A stretch of DNA of 64,000 nt from Hemiscyllium ocellatum (lineage: Eukaryota): positions 537,291-601,290 of the forward strand of contig NW_026867481.1 in assembly GCF_020745735.1 (NCBI RefSeq), given 5' to 3'. The translations under genes and the position numbers were made by a program. The notes under the pieces are model-generated. The model ran no database searches and was not told where the DNA came from. It saw only the letters and a list, made by a program, of their open reading frames with translations. This document shows positions 47,931 through 60,304 of the stretch, piece after piece; the first letter of the stretch is position 1; each line of letters begins with the position of its first letter.

Positions 47931-48929
47931 CCGGAGAGTTAAACAGAATTGACGTTTCCAATAGAATTCAGAAATTCGAAAATCTTGATTTCACGAATGT
48001 AGAATCACAATTTCTGGATCAGTAGGAAACAAGGAATCTCTCATTGTTTACAGAACTTTTCGGAATGCATGCAACTTGTGTTCACTCGAGTAACTTAATC
48101 GTTTAAATAAAAACAAAACTGACGAGAAAATCTGGGAAATTATTTGATTTGAGGTTGAAAATGAAACATTTCATTTGGAAAAGGCAAATCAGTGCAGGAT
48201 GTATACACTTAATGATTAGATCTTAGAGAGTGTTGCTGAATTTAGGGATCTTGGAGTGCAGATTCATAGTTCCGTGAATGTGGAGTCTTAGGTAGATAGG
48301 TCCGTAAAAAAAAGTGTTTAGTATATTTTCTTTTGCTGGTCAGAACATTGAATATAGGAGTTGAGAGGTCATGTTGCGGGGGTACAGGACATTATTTCGA
48401 TCACTTCTGATATATTTTGTGCAATTGTTATCTCCTCCCATTGGTGGAATGTTATGAAATTTGTGAGGGTGTCAGAAAACGTATGCTTTAAACGTGACGT
48501 TTCCCACATTTCTCCTATGCGGAGCTCGATGTTTGAATTGTTCTTTTGAAATGACAACCTCCTGGTATATTCGCTGACCTCATCTAGAAGTCGCCATTAC
48601 AACGATGCAATGTGTGGTTTAAACGTTAAAACAAAAGCAAGGAAAGAGAATGCTGGTGAAACTCACTAGGTATACACCCCTCTCCGGAGAGTTAAACAGA
48701 ATTGATGTTTCCAGTCCGCTATTGAAAATCTTGAATTCACGAATGTAGAATCACAATTTCTGGTGCAGTAGGAAACAAGGAATCTCTCATTGTTTACAGA
48801 ACTTTTCGGAGTGTATGCAACTTGTGTTCACTCGAGTAATTTAATCATTTAAAATCTGGGAAATTATTTGATTTGAGGTTGAAAATGAAACATTTCATTT
48901 TGAAAAGGCAAATCAATGCAGGATGTATA

Positions 48930-49690
48930 CACTTAATGGTAAGATCTTGGAGAGTGTTTCTGAATTAAGAGATCTTATAGTGCAAATTCATAGTTCCATG
49001 AATGTGGAGTCGTAGGTAGATAGGTCAGTAAAAAAGGTGTTTAGTGTATTTTCTTTTGATGGTCAGAAAATTGAATATAGGAGTTCAGAGGTCATGTTGC
49101 GGGGGTACAGAACATTAGTTCGACAGCTTGTGAAATATTTTGTGCAATTGTGATCTCCTCCCATTGGTGGAATGTTATGAAACTTGTGAGGGGTCAGAAA
49201 CCTTTTACGAAGATTTTTCCAGGAATGGAACATTTGAGCGAAAGACGAAGGCTGAACAGGCTGGGATTGTTTCCTGTGGAGAGTCGAAGTCTGAGGGGTA
49301 TACTGACATAAGTTTATAAAATTATGAAAGACATGAATAGGGAAATAGACAAGGACATTTCCCTGTAGTGGGTGAGTCCAGAAAGTGACGGCATGTGTTT
49401 CGATTGAAAAGGGAAGATTTAAAAGGGACCGAACAGGCAACGTTTTCACGCAGAAGGTGGTGCATGTATCGAATAAGGTGCCAGAGGAAGTGGTGTAGGA
49501 TGGTACGATTACTGCTTTTAAAAGGCATCTGGATGGGTGTATGAATAGACAGAGTTGAGAAAGATGTGGGACAAGCGCTGAAAAATGGGGCGAGGTGGCT
49601 TCAGGATATCTGGTTGGTGTGGAAAATTGGTCTTAAGGGTCTGTTTCTGCGCTGTGCATCTCCATAATTCTACGAGCAACTGAGAAATCC
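48930..49690 (+). mobile_element. Degraded CR1-type LINE 3' fragment (its 5' part is also duplicated at about 48210-48478)
   Basis: gaatataggagttcagaggtcatgttgcgggggtacagaacattagttcgac and a CR1-type 3' UTR. Confidence 0.65.
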
Positions 49691-51274
49691 GGCATTTTCT
49701 GTTATTGTTTCTGGCACACAGTACCTGTAGCAGTTTAGTGATTTTTTTCTGACGAGAGAGAGCAGAGAGTTTGAAACTCCTCATGGCCTTAAGTCAACAT
49801 TCGCAAATTGGGAAATGTTAGAGACCATTATTGAGCGAAAAACCAGCAAGACTTTAGAACATTTAATGCAGGCAAACTGAACTAACAAAAGGAGAAACGT
49901 CTTCACACAAGAAATTGAATTTGTTATCACAGAAAGTAGTCAAGTACAAAAAGGTGCATGATTTCAAGAAGGAGTTGGAAACCACATTTAAGGTGAAAAT
50001 ATCCAAAGAACATGAGAATAAAACAGGGATAGGCTGATGAATTGAATGATAAGACGTGATCAAAATAAATGGCAGACGAGACTGCATGGGCCGATTAGCC
50101 GACTCCTGCTCCTATTTCCCTTAGACTTTTGAGGATATTATATTCACAGCATGCCATTACGATGTCTCGTTGAATTTCAGCCTCGAGTGCAAGATAATTT
50201 GAGTGCAGAAATAACGAACTCTAGCTTCAATTGTCCACGAGTTTGATTGAACTGCATTAGGAATACCATACGTAATTTTGGTCTCCTGATCTTAAGAAAG
50301 ATATTATTGCGATAGAGGACTTAAAAGGAACATTCAGCAAATTTGCTGCTGGAAATGTCTAACTGTACTTTGAAGGGTGAGTGTGAAATCTGGGCCCGTA
50401 TTCTTTACAGTTTCGAAAAGTGAAAAGTCATCAAGATCTCATTTAAAGGAATGGACAAAGTTGATGTATTTATGTTGTGGTTTTGGAATCTATAACCAGG
50501 TGGCAGAATTTGAATCGAAGGGGAATTAAAATTTACTCAGAAGATTCTGAAAGTTTGCAATATTGCACCAGAGATGAACGACGCATCTTCCTGTTTGAAT
50601 ATGTTCAATGTTGATGCTGATCGATTTCTGATTACCAGTGATGTATGGCATTGAGGAATTGGCTCATTAAAGGCATTGCTTTAGTATGATAATCATGAAT
50701 GACAGGCAGGCTCAATGGTGGAATTGTCTGCTCTTCTTCCTATTGTGTTACCTTCCAACCAGGACACACATTCACAATATTCACTTAATTCACTGGGTGC
50801 ACACACAGTAGTATCATTGCACATATCCTGAAGATGCACTGCAACCAATAATTAAAACTGCAAAGAGTGCAACGTTCGATCTTACAAAATGGAAGAGCAA
50901 AACCTGCATGTACTTAGCAGTAGTCCCACATGTAATTTGATTTCCAAAGTATACATTATCTGAACTTAGAAGTAGGTCAGTGTTCCTTCATTGTCGCTGA
51001 GTCAAAACCGCTCTCTAAAAAAAGCGCGTGCAGCTACTGTGCAAAGAGTGCAAAGATTCAGAAAGATAGTTCTCTATAACATTTTCAATGCCAGCACGAG
51101 TAACAAAAGCAGACCAAACCACAAACGCCCCATCACAGAATCATTAAAATAAGAATTTCATTCACGTGCTAAAATTTGAATCCGAGAACACCTGGTCAAC
51201 AGTATTTTCTTCTGACACAGACAAGAAAAGGGAATGTTGGAACAAAATTTATTGCATATTGTATTTTCGCCCTT

Positions 51275-54200
51275 TCACTGCTGAAATTTTTTAACAAATG
51301 GATAGATTGTATATTTCAGACCATCCTTTAACTCAGCTCTGAATTTAGCCTGCGTTCCTGTATAAATGAACGGATTGATGCATGAACTGAATAACTGAAG
51401 CATCATTCCAGTTTCTTGAAGAATAAACGTGGAATTAATAAAATCAGAACCAGAGGAGTACGTTACATGTGAAATTCGGACATAGAGGATGGTTGAAAAA
51501 TACAACGAGTATAAAAGGATAAAACTGCCTGAAATGGCAAAGAGTAATACCATGGACTTTCTTCGCTTTTTCATCTCTGGGTCACATTGACTTTGTTCAT
51601 TGCCTTGAACTCGGAGTCTTTTGCGAGCTCTGTTTGCTATTATGATGTGCCTGACAGTAAGGGCGTTGAGGAGCAAAATGAACATGAATGGAAGGAAAGG
51701 CGTTAAAATAGAACGAATCCAATCATATGCAGTCCATGCAGGTGATGTATAATATATTTCTTTTATGGCACAAAACCAGGGAATATTGTCAATTATGTAC
51801 TTAGGTTCGAACATAAAATACATAAAGATATTTTTTACACAGGTCAGTGTAGAGATGATTATTATGACTCTTGCTGCCACCTTTTCGGTGCAATAAATTG
51901 CTTTCAACTTCTGGCAAGAAATGGCTATAAACCGATCAAATGTGAAGGCAACAGTAAACCAGGCAGAACTGTCAATGGCAGCAAAATTTAAGGCAGAGCG
52001 AAAACTGCACACTGGTGTGATAGACAGGACACTAAGTGGGAAATAAAGTCCAGCAATCCGGTTTAATATTACTGCAGTGATCATGACGAGGAGATCGGTT
52101 ACTGCCATGGACACCAGGTAATATATTATGCAACGGGACAGACCACATCCTTTTCGAGACAGGATCACAATCACTGCCAAGTTAGCTGTAATAGACAGAG
52201 AACATCACAAGATTAAAATGATACTGGTGTGATTCTGAACAGAGTCGTTTAATTTTGCTGGATTTTGTTTCATATTTATACACATCAAACTAAAATCAAG
52301 CACCCCTACAGCTTGCAAACAGACATCAGGCCCAATGGGTCCAGAATGAAACACCAAAGAACACCTGACCCAGTACCATTCTTGTATCCTCTCCTTGTAA
52401 TCATGTATTACCCAAAGCTAATGCACCTAACCAACACTGTGAGTAATTGAGAGTGGTCAACCCACCTGACTTGCATATCGTTGAACATAACACCTTTAGA
52501 TTTAAAGATATAATGCACCATTGTTCGATGTAAATTGTGACTTCGTAAAAGAAAGGTTGTTGAATGATTATCGAGAAGAAAGTGAGGTCTGCAGATGCTG
52601 GAGATCAGAGCTGAAAATATGTTGCTGGAAAAGCCCAGCAGGTCAGGCAGCATCCAAGGAACAGGAGAATCGACGTTTCGGACGTTTCGGGCATTAGCCC
52701 TTTCCTGAAGAAGGGCTTATGCCCCTGACGTCGATTCTACTGTTCCTTGGATGCTGCCTGACCTGCTGCGCTTTTCCAGCAACACATTTTCAACTGTTGA
52801 ATGATTATGCAAAGTAGTCTTCATCATAATTACCTGCATTAAGAAGATAACTTTGCTAGAGAACTGGATTGCTCAAACAATTACTAAAGAAAATTGGATA
52901 CACATTCCGAACAACAAAAGAACATTTAATAATTTAGAAATCATTAAGGTGGGGGAGTTTTCTTAAATTGAGAAGAAAGGCTTACAAAGGGCAAGAAGAA
53001 CAACTTCCTTTAATTCAATTTCCAGAAGGTTATTGTGTGATTTTAGAAAACTCAGTCGGAGCAGATTATGGTCTTCCACTCAGTATCCCTGACTGAAGAT
53101 GGAAATGCTTCAAATTGCATTTTTCTGAAAAACAAAATCCCCAAAGAGAGACGTAGAAGAGAGAAATATCGTCTTTCTCCAACTTCATGGAAGGAACTCA
53201 GTGGCAAATGCGACATCAGCAACTAGTAATCAACGAGACTGTTTGGTGCTTTGCAACACTATTGGAATTAACGTATGGAGTTGTTACATTTGGAGGATGC
53301 ATTTCTCCAATGCAATAACTCCTTCATGGTTCAGTGCGACATTGGGCAAATGATCTGTCTTACCCTAAATTATATATTTAGAAGAAAAAGGTGCTGAACA
53401 GATCGAACTTTATTACTCATGGCATAGATTATAAGGGCATTGTCCTGAATTTTGGTTGGGTCATAGCTGGAGTACTGTGTGCTGTTCTGGTAACAACAGC
53501 AAGATACAGGATATAGTAGGTATGGGAGGAGTTGTAGATATGGGATAAACAAGTTTTTGAAACAGCATATCTGGTGATAATCAGACATATTTTTGAAGAA
53601 TCAGTAACAGTCGATGTGGAAATGGAGATAGAGTGATTGAAAAGAGGGGAAAAATACACTGTGCCTTATCAACTTGGAAATACTGCAAGCATCCATTCTT
53701 TGTCAGCTGAGAAATGCTGATGCACTTTCGAAAACTCAGTGTTTAATATTACCTGAGGTTAACAGTAAACTCAGAGTTTAATAAATGAATCAAATATAAT
53801 CAGTCATGTTTGATCAGTGACTGAAGTTTTTCAATACCTGAATATGTTTTGAGTGTTATTCCACTGCCGACTCTCACAATAATTCTACATATACACAGCG
53901 ATCAAAATTTGAAAATACAAGCCGGTTATCAGAGTGAGTGACTTATTAGAAAGTCATTAACAAAATGATGGGTGCTTGGCAATTTAACATATGTGCATTA
54001 TTGATGCACAATAAGAGTACAATTTTGCCATTATATTTTTTGTTAATTTGCGTGCAGTCCACTTGAGAGAAACATCATTGAACTATTCTCTGGCTGTATT
54101 ATCACAATATAATGCTAGTCTAACAATTAAACGAGTTTTAGCAATGTCAATAAGACATTGTGCTACAATGATGCAATGCGATGGTGACATAACTTGGCAG

Positions 54201-56022
54201 AAATACATAACTAATTCAAATCAAATGTTTCGTGCTTTAGCAAAACATTACAGGCGTGAAGGGTTAACATGAGTGAAAGATGTAATGGAACAATGATGGT
54301 ATATGAACAAAATTGCATTGACAAATCTAAGACATTTCATTATAAATATAGAGAACTGCAAAATTAATAAAGATATGTAATGTTGAACATCAAAATGCCA
54401 GTAACTTGGTAAAACAAACAAGTGGTAACAGTCGAAGAGGACATTTTGCTGTTTTGCACACCATAGGGCAGTCCTTGTGGAGTTGAAAATCAAATAAGGA
54501 ACTACGTACCTGCCAAACAGGCAGGAAGTGACAGATAGAGATAATTGATCCCGCAACCAATAGATCAGATTTAAGCAGGACGAGTTAGAACGTTCCCAGA
54601 ATTCTATTTGGTCAATGAGATTTCAGAAACCACAGAAGATACCAGAGACTGCCAAAATTCCAATACCCGTGAACATTTGTATTCCAGAAAATGCCACCAC
54701 AAGATAAGATATTCCAACAGAAATACAGCACTGGCATGCAGCCCGGAATGAGGAAAGCTGCCCAGGTCTGTTCTGTACGCAACAAGCAGTACAAATCCAA
54801 ACTGAACAACTTCTCCATCTCGTCTCAATCACTCAATAAGTTATAGAAAATGTGACCAACAGCACAATTAAAATGAATCTGTTAGTTCCAACCATCCTTC
54901 TGATGCCCAGTTTGATTTACATCAGGCCCAAGCCAGCTCCTGGCCTTATTTAGCACTTGGTTAAAAAATAAGATCTAGTGTTGAGGTGCGAATGACGGCC
55001 CTTGTCATTAAATTTTTAATGGTCGAAATGTTTCCGCGTGGAACTGTGCCACATTTGCATCAATATGCATTGAGAAAAAACTCAACCCTGGTTGGAATCA
55101 TATTCGCACAAAGGAAGATAAAAGATATTCACATGATCTCTGGAATTATCTACAGATGTTTGTCTGCGTATTATCCTGAGTTCAAACATGTTTAGCGGCT
55201 TTAGAAATGGCATTCCCTTCATCGAAATGTGTGAATTGTTACAATTGCTTATAATTACTCATTACCTTTCAACATTGGCAATTTACCACGTGCTCAAGCA
55301 GACCAAATAAGCATATTTTGGTTTCAATCTAACACAAACAGCATTCGCACCTCACAAGCCTGGTAGACAATGACTAACTCGATCAACAGAAACTTTAACT
55401 CTTGCTGATGAATGTTGCGTGGCATTAAAATTCAGCAATATCAATTTTATAGCGAATACCATCCTTCAGAAAATTAATTGAATTCACCATATAAAGACTA
55501 TGGCTACAAATGCTAATCAGCAACTGAGAATACTGCAGCGAGTAATTCACCGCCGGATCCCCAAAAGTTGTCCACTTTCTCGTATACTTAATTCGTGCAT
55601 GTGATAAGATACTCACCACAAGAATGGATGAGTACAAATCTGACAAAAACATCTAACGTCAAAACCACCCAGAAAGAACCATATTGCTTTCTTAATATCA
55701 TATCCTCGAGAAAACAGTCCGTCGAAATTCATGGACAAAAGTTCGCACCATCGAAACATGGCATTGCAGAAATTCACCAGCAGTCCTTGGATAACACCTT
55801 CCAAACCCACAAATACAGCCATCAGGAGACAAAGGGGAAAGAGATGCATGGACATTCCAGCACCTGATGTTAACCTCAAAGCTATGCACTGTCCTCACTT
55901 AGAAAGATAGCATCATCCTTTCACTGTCACTGACGAGAAATCAAAACTTTACCTGGAACCCCAATTATTGCAATGGCAGGATAGTAAATTGCAAAGATCA
56001 CACCTCTCGGTATTCCGTGCAT
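51275..56022 (-). CDS. Intact two-exon GPR139/GPR142-like class A GPCR, 326 aa (exon 1 55953-56022, exon 2 51275-52185)
   Basis: Exon 1 MHGIPRGVIFAIYYPAIAIIGVP G|gtaaag; acceptor ttacag|CT AAC TTG. Exon 2 has MAVTD, TFDRF, WFC, PFLPF and SSCINPFIY. The pairing of exon 1 across the 3.8-kb intron is inferred. Confidence 0.85.
52582..52792. repeat. About 180-bp inverted repeat (Penelope-derived hairpin element) in the GPCR intron
   Basis: tgaaaatatgttgctggaaaagcccagcaggtcaggcagcatccaaggaacag...ctgttccttggatgctgcctgacctgctgcgcttttccagcaacacattttca (52612-52792); central ctgaagaagggcttatgccc. Confidence 0.85.
53430..54830 (-). pseudogene. Possible decayed GPR139-like exon 2 pieces nested in the intron of the 51-56 kb gene
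   Basis: CCISVGISYLVVAF (TM2-like), WCAKQQ...VNAILF (ECL2/TM5-like) and AMTQPKFR (cf. AVTQTKFR); weak, and the spacing is irregular. Confidence 0.3.
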
Positions 56023-56229
56023 CTTTCTCAGAGTTCCTGAGTGCACGCCACAATTCATTGAAGATGTAAGCGTATTTATTGCTGCTATCTTGCTCTTGGG
56101 ACTTAATTAGTTGTTTCAATCATTTACATGCATGAAATGTTATTTGTGCAGATGATTATTCAGCTGCCTCAGATGGAGATAATGTTGTGATGCCATGTCC
56201 TGAGGTGAAGTCACTTCCTGTTCTTTTTC

Positions 56230-56560
56230 TCAGGGAATGGTAGGTGAGTTCCATCTCGATGTATTATGGGATCTATCACCAAACACATCGAGTTAGATGC
56301 CCATCTAACACCCCCTTAGAAAAAAGAACAGGACGTGACATCAGCACTGGAAATGACAACACCGCAGGAAATGACATCACCAACCAAAGAAACCCAAATA
56401 TAATAACTAAATGCAGGACTTATCAGCAGTGCTTCGTCTGAGACCCACTGTAGATTTTACCTAGTAGGGTGACGAAACGTCTGGAAATGAACGTTCCAAC
56501 TTAGGAGCAATCCTACATCCAAACCTCAACCTGAGCTAGAAATATGCTCAAAACTCGCTA
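56230..56560 (+). mobile_element. Penelope-like terminus
   Basis: cccactgtagattttacctagtagggtgacgaaacgtctgg...aaacctcaacctgagcta; decayed hammerhead-like core. Confidence 0.6.
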
Positions 56561-56619
56561 ACCTATAAGTTATATACCCAGACCTTGAATAAGTTCTTGA
56601 AGGTTGTTTCAAGGATATT

Positions 56620-58890
56620 TCATAGAACATAGAATAGAGATCGTTGCAGCACAGTACAGTCCCTTCGGCCCTCGATGTTGAGCCAAGCTGTGGAAACTAT
56701 CTGAAACCCACCTAACATATGCTATTCCATTTTCATCCATAAGTTTATCCATGGCTATTTGAATGCCCCTAAATTTGGCGAGTCTATCACCGTTGCAGGT
56801 AGAGTTTTCTACACCAATACTACTCACTGGATAAAGAAATTACCTCCGACATCTCCCTATACCTACCAACACTCAACTTAAAGCTGTTCCCCGTCGTAGC
56901 CATCATCATCTGAGGAAAGAGGCTCTCATCGTGCACGGTATTGCACCCGCAGATTTGGACTCGATTAAATAACCGCTCAAACTTTTTCACTTTAAGGAGA
57001 AGAACCTCAAGTCCCTCAGCCTTTTATAATCAGCCTTTTTCTCCATATCAGGCAACATCTCAGCTAATCTCCTCTGAACCCCTTCTAAAGCATCCACATC
57101 CTTCCGAAACTGTGGTGACCAGAATCATCCGCAATGCTCCAAGTGCAGCCGCATCAGGGTTTTGCACAGCTGCTGCAAGACCTCATGACTCGAACGCTCA
57201 ATCCCTCTGCCAATGAAAGCACCACACCATATATTGTAACAACCCTATCAACTTTGGTGGTAACTTTCAGGGTTCTATGCACATAGACACCGAGATCTCT
57301 CTGCTCATCTACACTACCAATTATCTTTCTGTGAGCACAGTTCTCATTATGACTGTTGATCCTTCTAAAATGAATCAATTCTCACTTTTCCACATTAAAC
57401 ACAATTAGCCACCTCTCAGTCCAGCTCTGCCGCTTATCTATGTCTCTTTGTACCCTTCAACATCCTTCAACACTATCCACAACCCCATCGACGTTCGTGT
57501 CATCTGCAAATTTACTAACACATATTTCTATGCACTCATCCAGGTCATTTTTAAAACTGACAAACAGCAGTTGGCCAGGACAAATAGTTCCAGTGCATGA
57601 CTGTTAACCGTACTCCAGATGACCATTTCCCATCGATCAACTCCCTCTGTCTTCTTTCAGCTAGCCAATTTCTGACCAAACGGCTAAATGAACCTGAATC
57701 CCATTCCTCCGGATTTTGTGCAAGAGCCAACCGTGTGGAACCTTATCAAACGCCTTACTGAAATTGACATACCACACATCAAGCACTTTATTCTCATCCA
57801 CCTATTCGGTCACCTTCTCAAAGAACTCAATAAGCTTTCTGAGTCAAGTTCTATCCTTCTCAAGACGGGGTTGATTATCTCTTAGCAACTTCTTCCTTTC
57901 AAGATGACTGTAAATATATATTTTATAATCCATTCCAATAATTTACCAACAATATAAAGAGAGGTCATTGGTCTATAATTATCTCTTCTCTCATTCTTTA
58001 ACAAGGGGACAACACTTGCTATCCTGCAGTCTTCTGCCACGACTCCTGCAAATAATAAGAACCTAAAGGCCAAAGCCAAAGGCTCTGAAATATCCATCCA
58101 GGGAATCCTGGGATAAATCCCATCTGGCCCAGGGAATTTATTTATTTTTGACCTCTCCAGAATTGCTAACACCTCCTCTTTCTGATCTTCAATCCCATTT
58201 AGTCTAGTAGTCTGTATTTCAGTATTCGACTCGACAACGTTGTCGTTTTCCAACGTGAATACTGACGAAAAATATCCATTTAGCGCTTCCCCTACCTCTT
58301 TGGACCCCATGCAAAACGTCCCTCTCCCAGCCTTGATTGGCCCTAATATTACTCTTGTCCTCCTTCCATTCCTGATAAACCATTCGATGTTTTACGGTTT
58401 TCATTGATCATATCTGCCAACGAATTCAGATGTCACCACCAAGCGCATCTTCGTTCTCTCTTTGGGTTATTCCTGACTAACCTGTAACACTCGGGCGCTC
58501 TAACTGAGCCTTCACGTCCAATCCTAACAAAAGCTTGCTTTGTCTTGACAAGAGATTCAGCGTCTTTAGTAAATCATGGCGACCTTGATGGACCACTTCC
58601 TCCCTGCCTGATAGATACATGCTTATCGAGGACATGAAGTACCAGTTCCTTGAACGACTCCAAATTTCAACTGTGTCCATTCACTGTAGTTTCCTTCCCG
58701 ATCCTATTCCTACTGAACCTTGCCTAATCGCATCTTAATTACCTTTCCCCAGCTCAACTCTTGCTCTGCAGTATACGTCTATCCCTTTCCATCACAAGAG
58801 TAAACATAATGAAATTGTGGTTACTATCACCAAAGTACGCACCTAACTCCAAATCTATTACATGGCCGAGCTCATTATCTGGTACCATTC
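56620..58890 (-). mobile_element. Older CR1-type LINE, about 2.3 kb
   Basis: ORFs 57882-58310 (KINKFPGPDGIYPRI..WRIASVVPL-like) and 57154-57378 (EQRDLGVYVHRTLKV); (agaacat)n tail at about 56620. Confidence 0.85.
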
Positions 58891-59379
58891 ATAATTCTGA
58901 ACGACGGTAAGTTCTACTGAGAAAAGAAGACTTTACAAGAAAGAAGCAATACCGTTGGCCAGAAGTTCAAAATGAAGGGAAAGCCAAACAATCCTGTATT
59001 GTCAGCAGTAAGGAAGAGGGATGGGAGTAAAAGAAAACAAGAAAAAAATATGCCCAAGAAAATAATGCCATTGGAATATATGGAAAATAATTCACAGAAA
59101 GCTGAATCAGAGAGCAAAACGTGTTTCTAAATATCGAAAATTTACAGGTATCAAAAGTCATGATTTATCCTTTCGTAGACGAAATTGTGAAAATAATATT
59201 AGAAGTAAAGAAATAACTGTTTCTTGGAAGAAGTGTTGGATCGTCAAAGTGGTCAAGAAGGCAGATAGGATACTTCCATTTCTACGCTGAAGCATAAAGC
59301 TTAAAAGCAGAGAGGTGACACTGGAACTTCATGAAAAGTAATTACAGAATTATGCGTGGTTCTGACACCCACATGTACA

Positions 59380-59900
59380 ACGGATTTGTTTGCCCAGACG
59401 AGGGAGCGAGCGAGGTTTCCTGTGATGTTTCGTGAGGTGGAGATGTTTAATTATAAAGAGAAAATGGACAGACTGGGGTTGTTATTATTAAATAGAGAGA
59501 CTGAGAAGGAGAAACAATTGAAATGTTTAAAACTATGAGGTTCACAGACGAGCTCGACAGGTCAGAATTTATCCACTCACAGGAGTGATCAATGATTGGG
59601 CAGAAATTTGAGGTAAAGTTTTGGAGGATTAGAATAGATATGAGGTAATTGTATTCACTCAGATGTTGGTGGAATCTGGTACTCACTGACTATAAAGGGC
59701 GGCAGATTCAGAAACCCTGACAACATCTGAAAAATTTTAAGTGTGCAGTTGTGACGCCAAGGCACAAAAGAACACATGTTAATTGCTAGAAAATGGGAAA
59801 GAATACGCTTTTTTTTAAATCAGCATAGACTCAATCGACCGAAGGGTCATTTCGTTCGGTACTGCATACTGGTATATCTCTCTTGCTATTATGGTAAAAC
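59380..59900 (+). mobile_element. Degraded CR1-type LINE 3' fragment
   Basis: FNYKEKMDRLGLLLL followed by a CR1-like 3' UTR. Confidence 0.5.
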
Positions 59901-60304
59901 AAAGCTGTAAACTGATGAATGGAACTTTAAACAATCATTAAACCCATGAGACGGAAAGAAAACGTAGAAGCATAATGGGATAGGGAGGTAAAAGTCTCCA
60001 GGACCTCTAGTGTTTGACACATTATAAAAGCTAGATTAGAAACATCAACGTGAAAGGAAAATGGGATTTTACTTGAAAGGAAACACTTTTCTTTCGAAAT
60101 GTCTTTACTATAACATCGCAAAACTACAACAATAGGAAGTGAGAAATAGACTGCAGTCAGTGCTGCACCTTTTCTAAGATTTGTCTTCGAGGTGAAGGCA
60201 TGACATATAAATATTTCACGTCGTTTCATTGACATTGCCAGAGATTGTAGATAATATATATTCAGTGATCAGGATAGTCACAGGGGATAATTAGATAACA
60301 TATC

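Larger units (their letters stand above)
47498..49203 (+). repeat. Tandem duplication (copy 1 about 47498-48478, copy 2 about 48478-49203)
   Basis: Shared anchors cctggtatattcgctgacctc, ggtgaaactcactag, ggagagttaaacagaattga and gatgtatacacttaatg; copy 2 lacks the tRNA pair. Confidence 0.88.
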
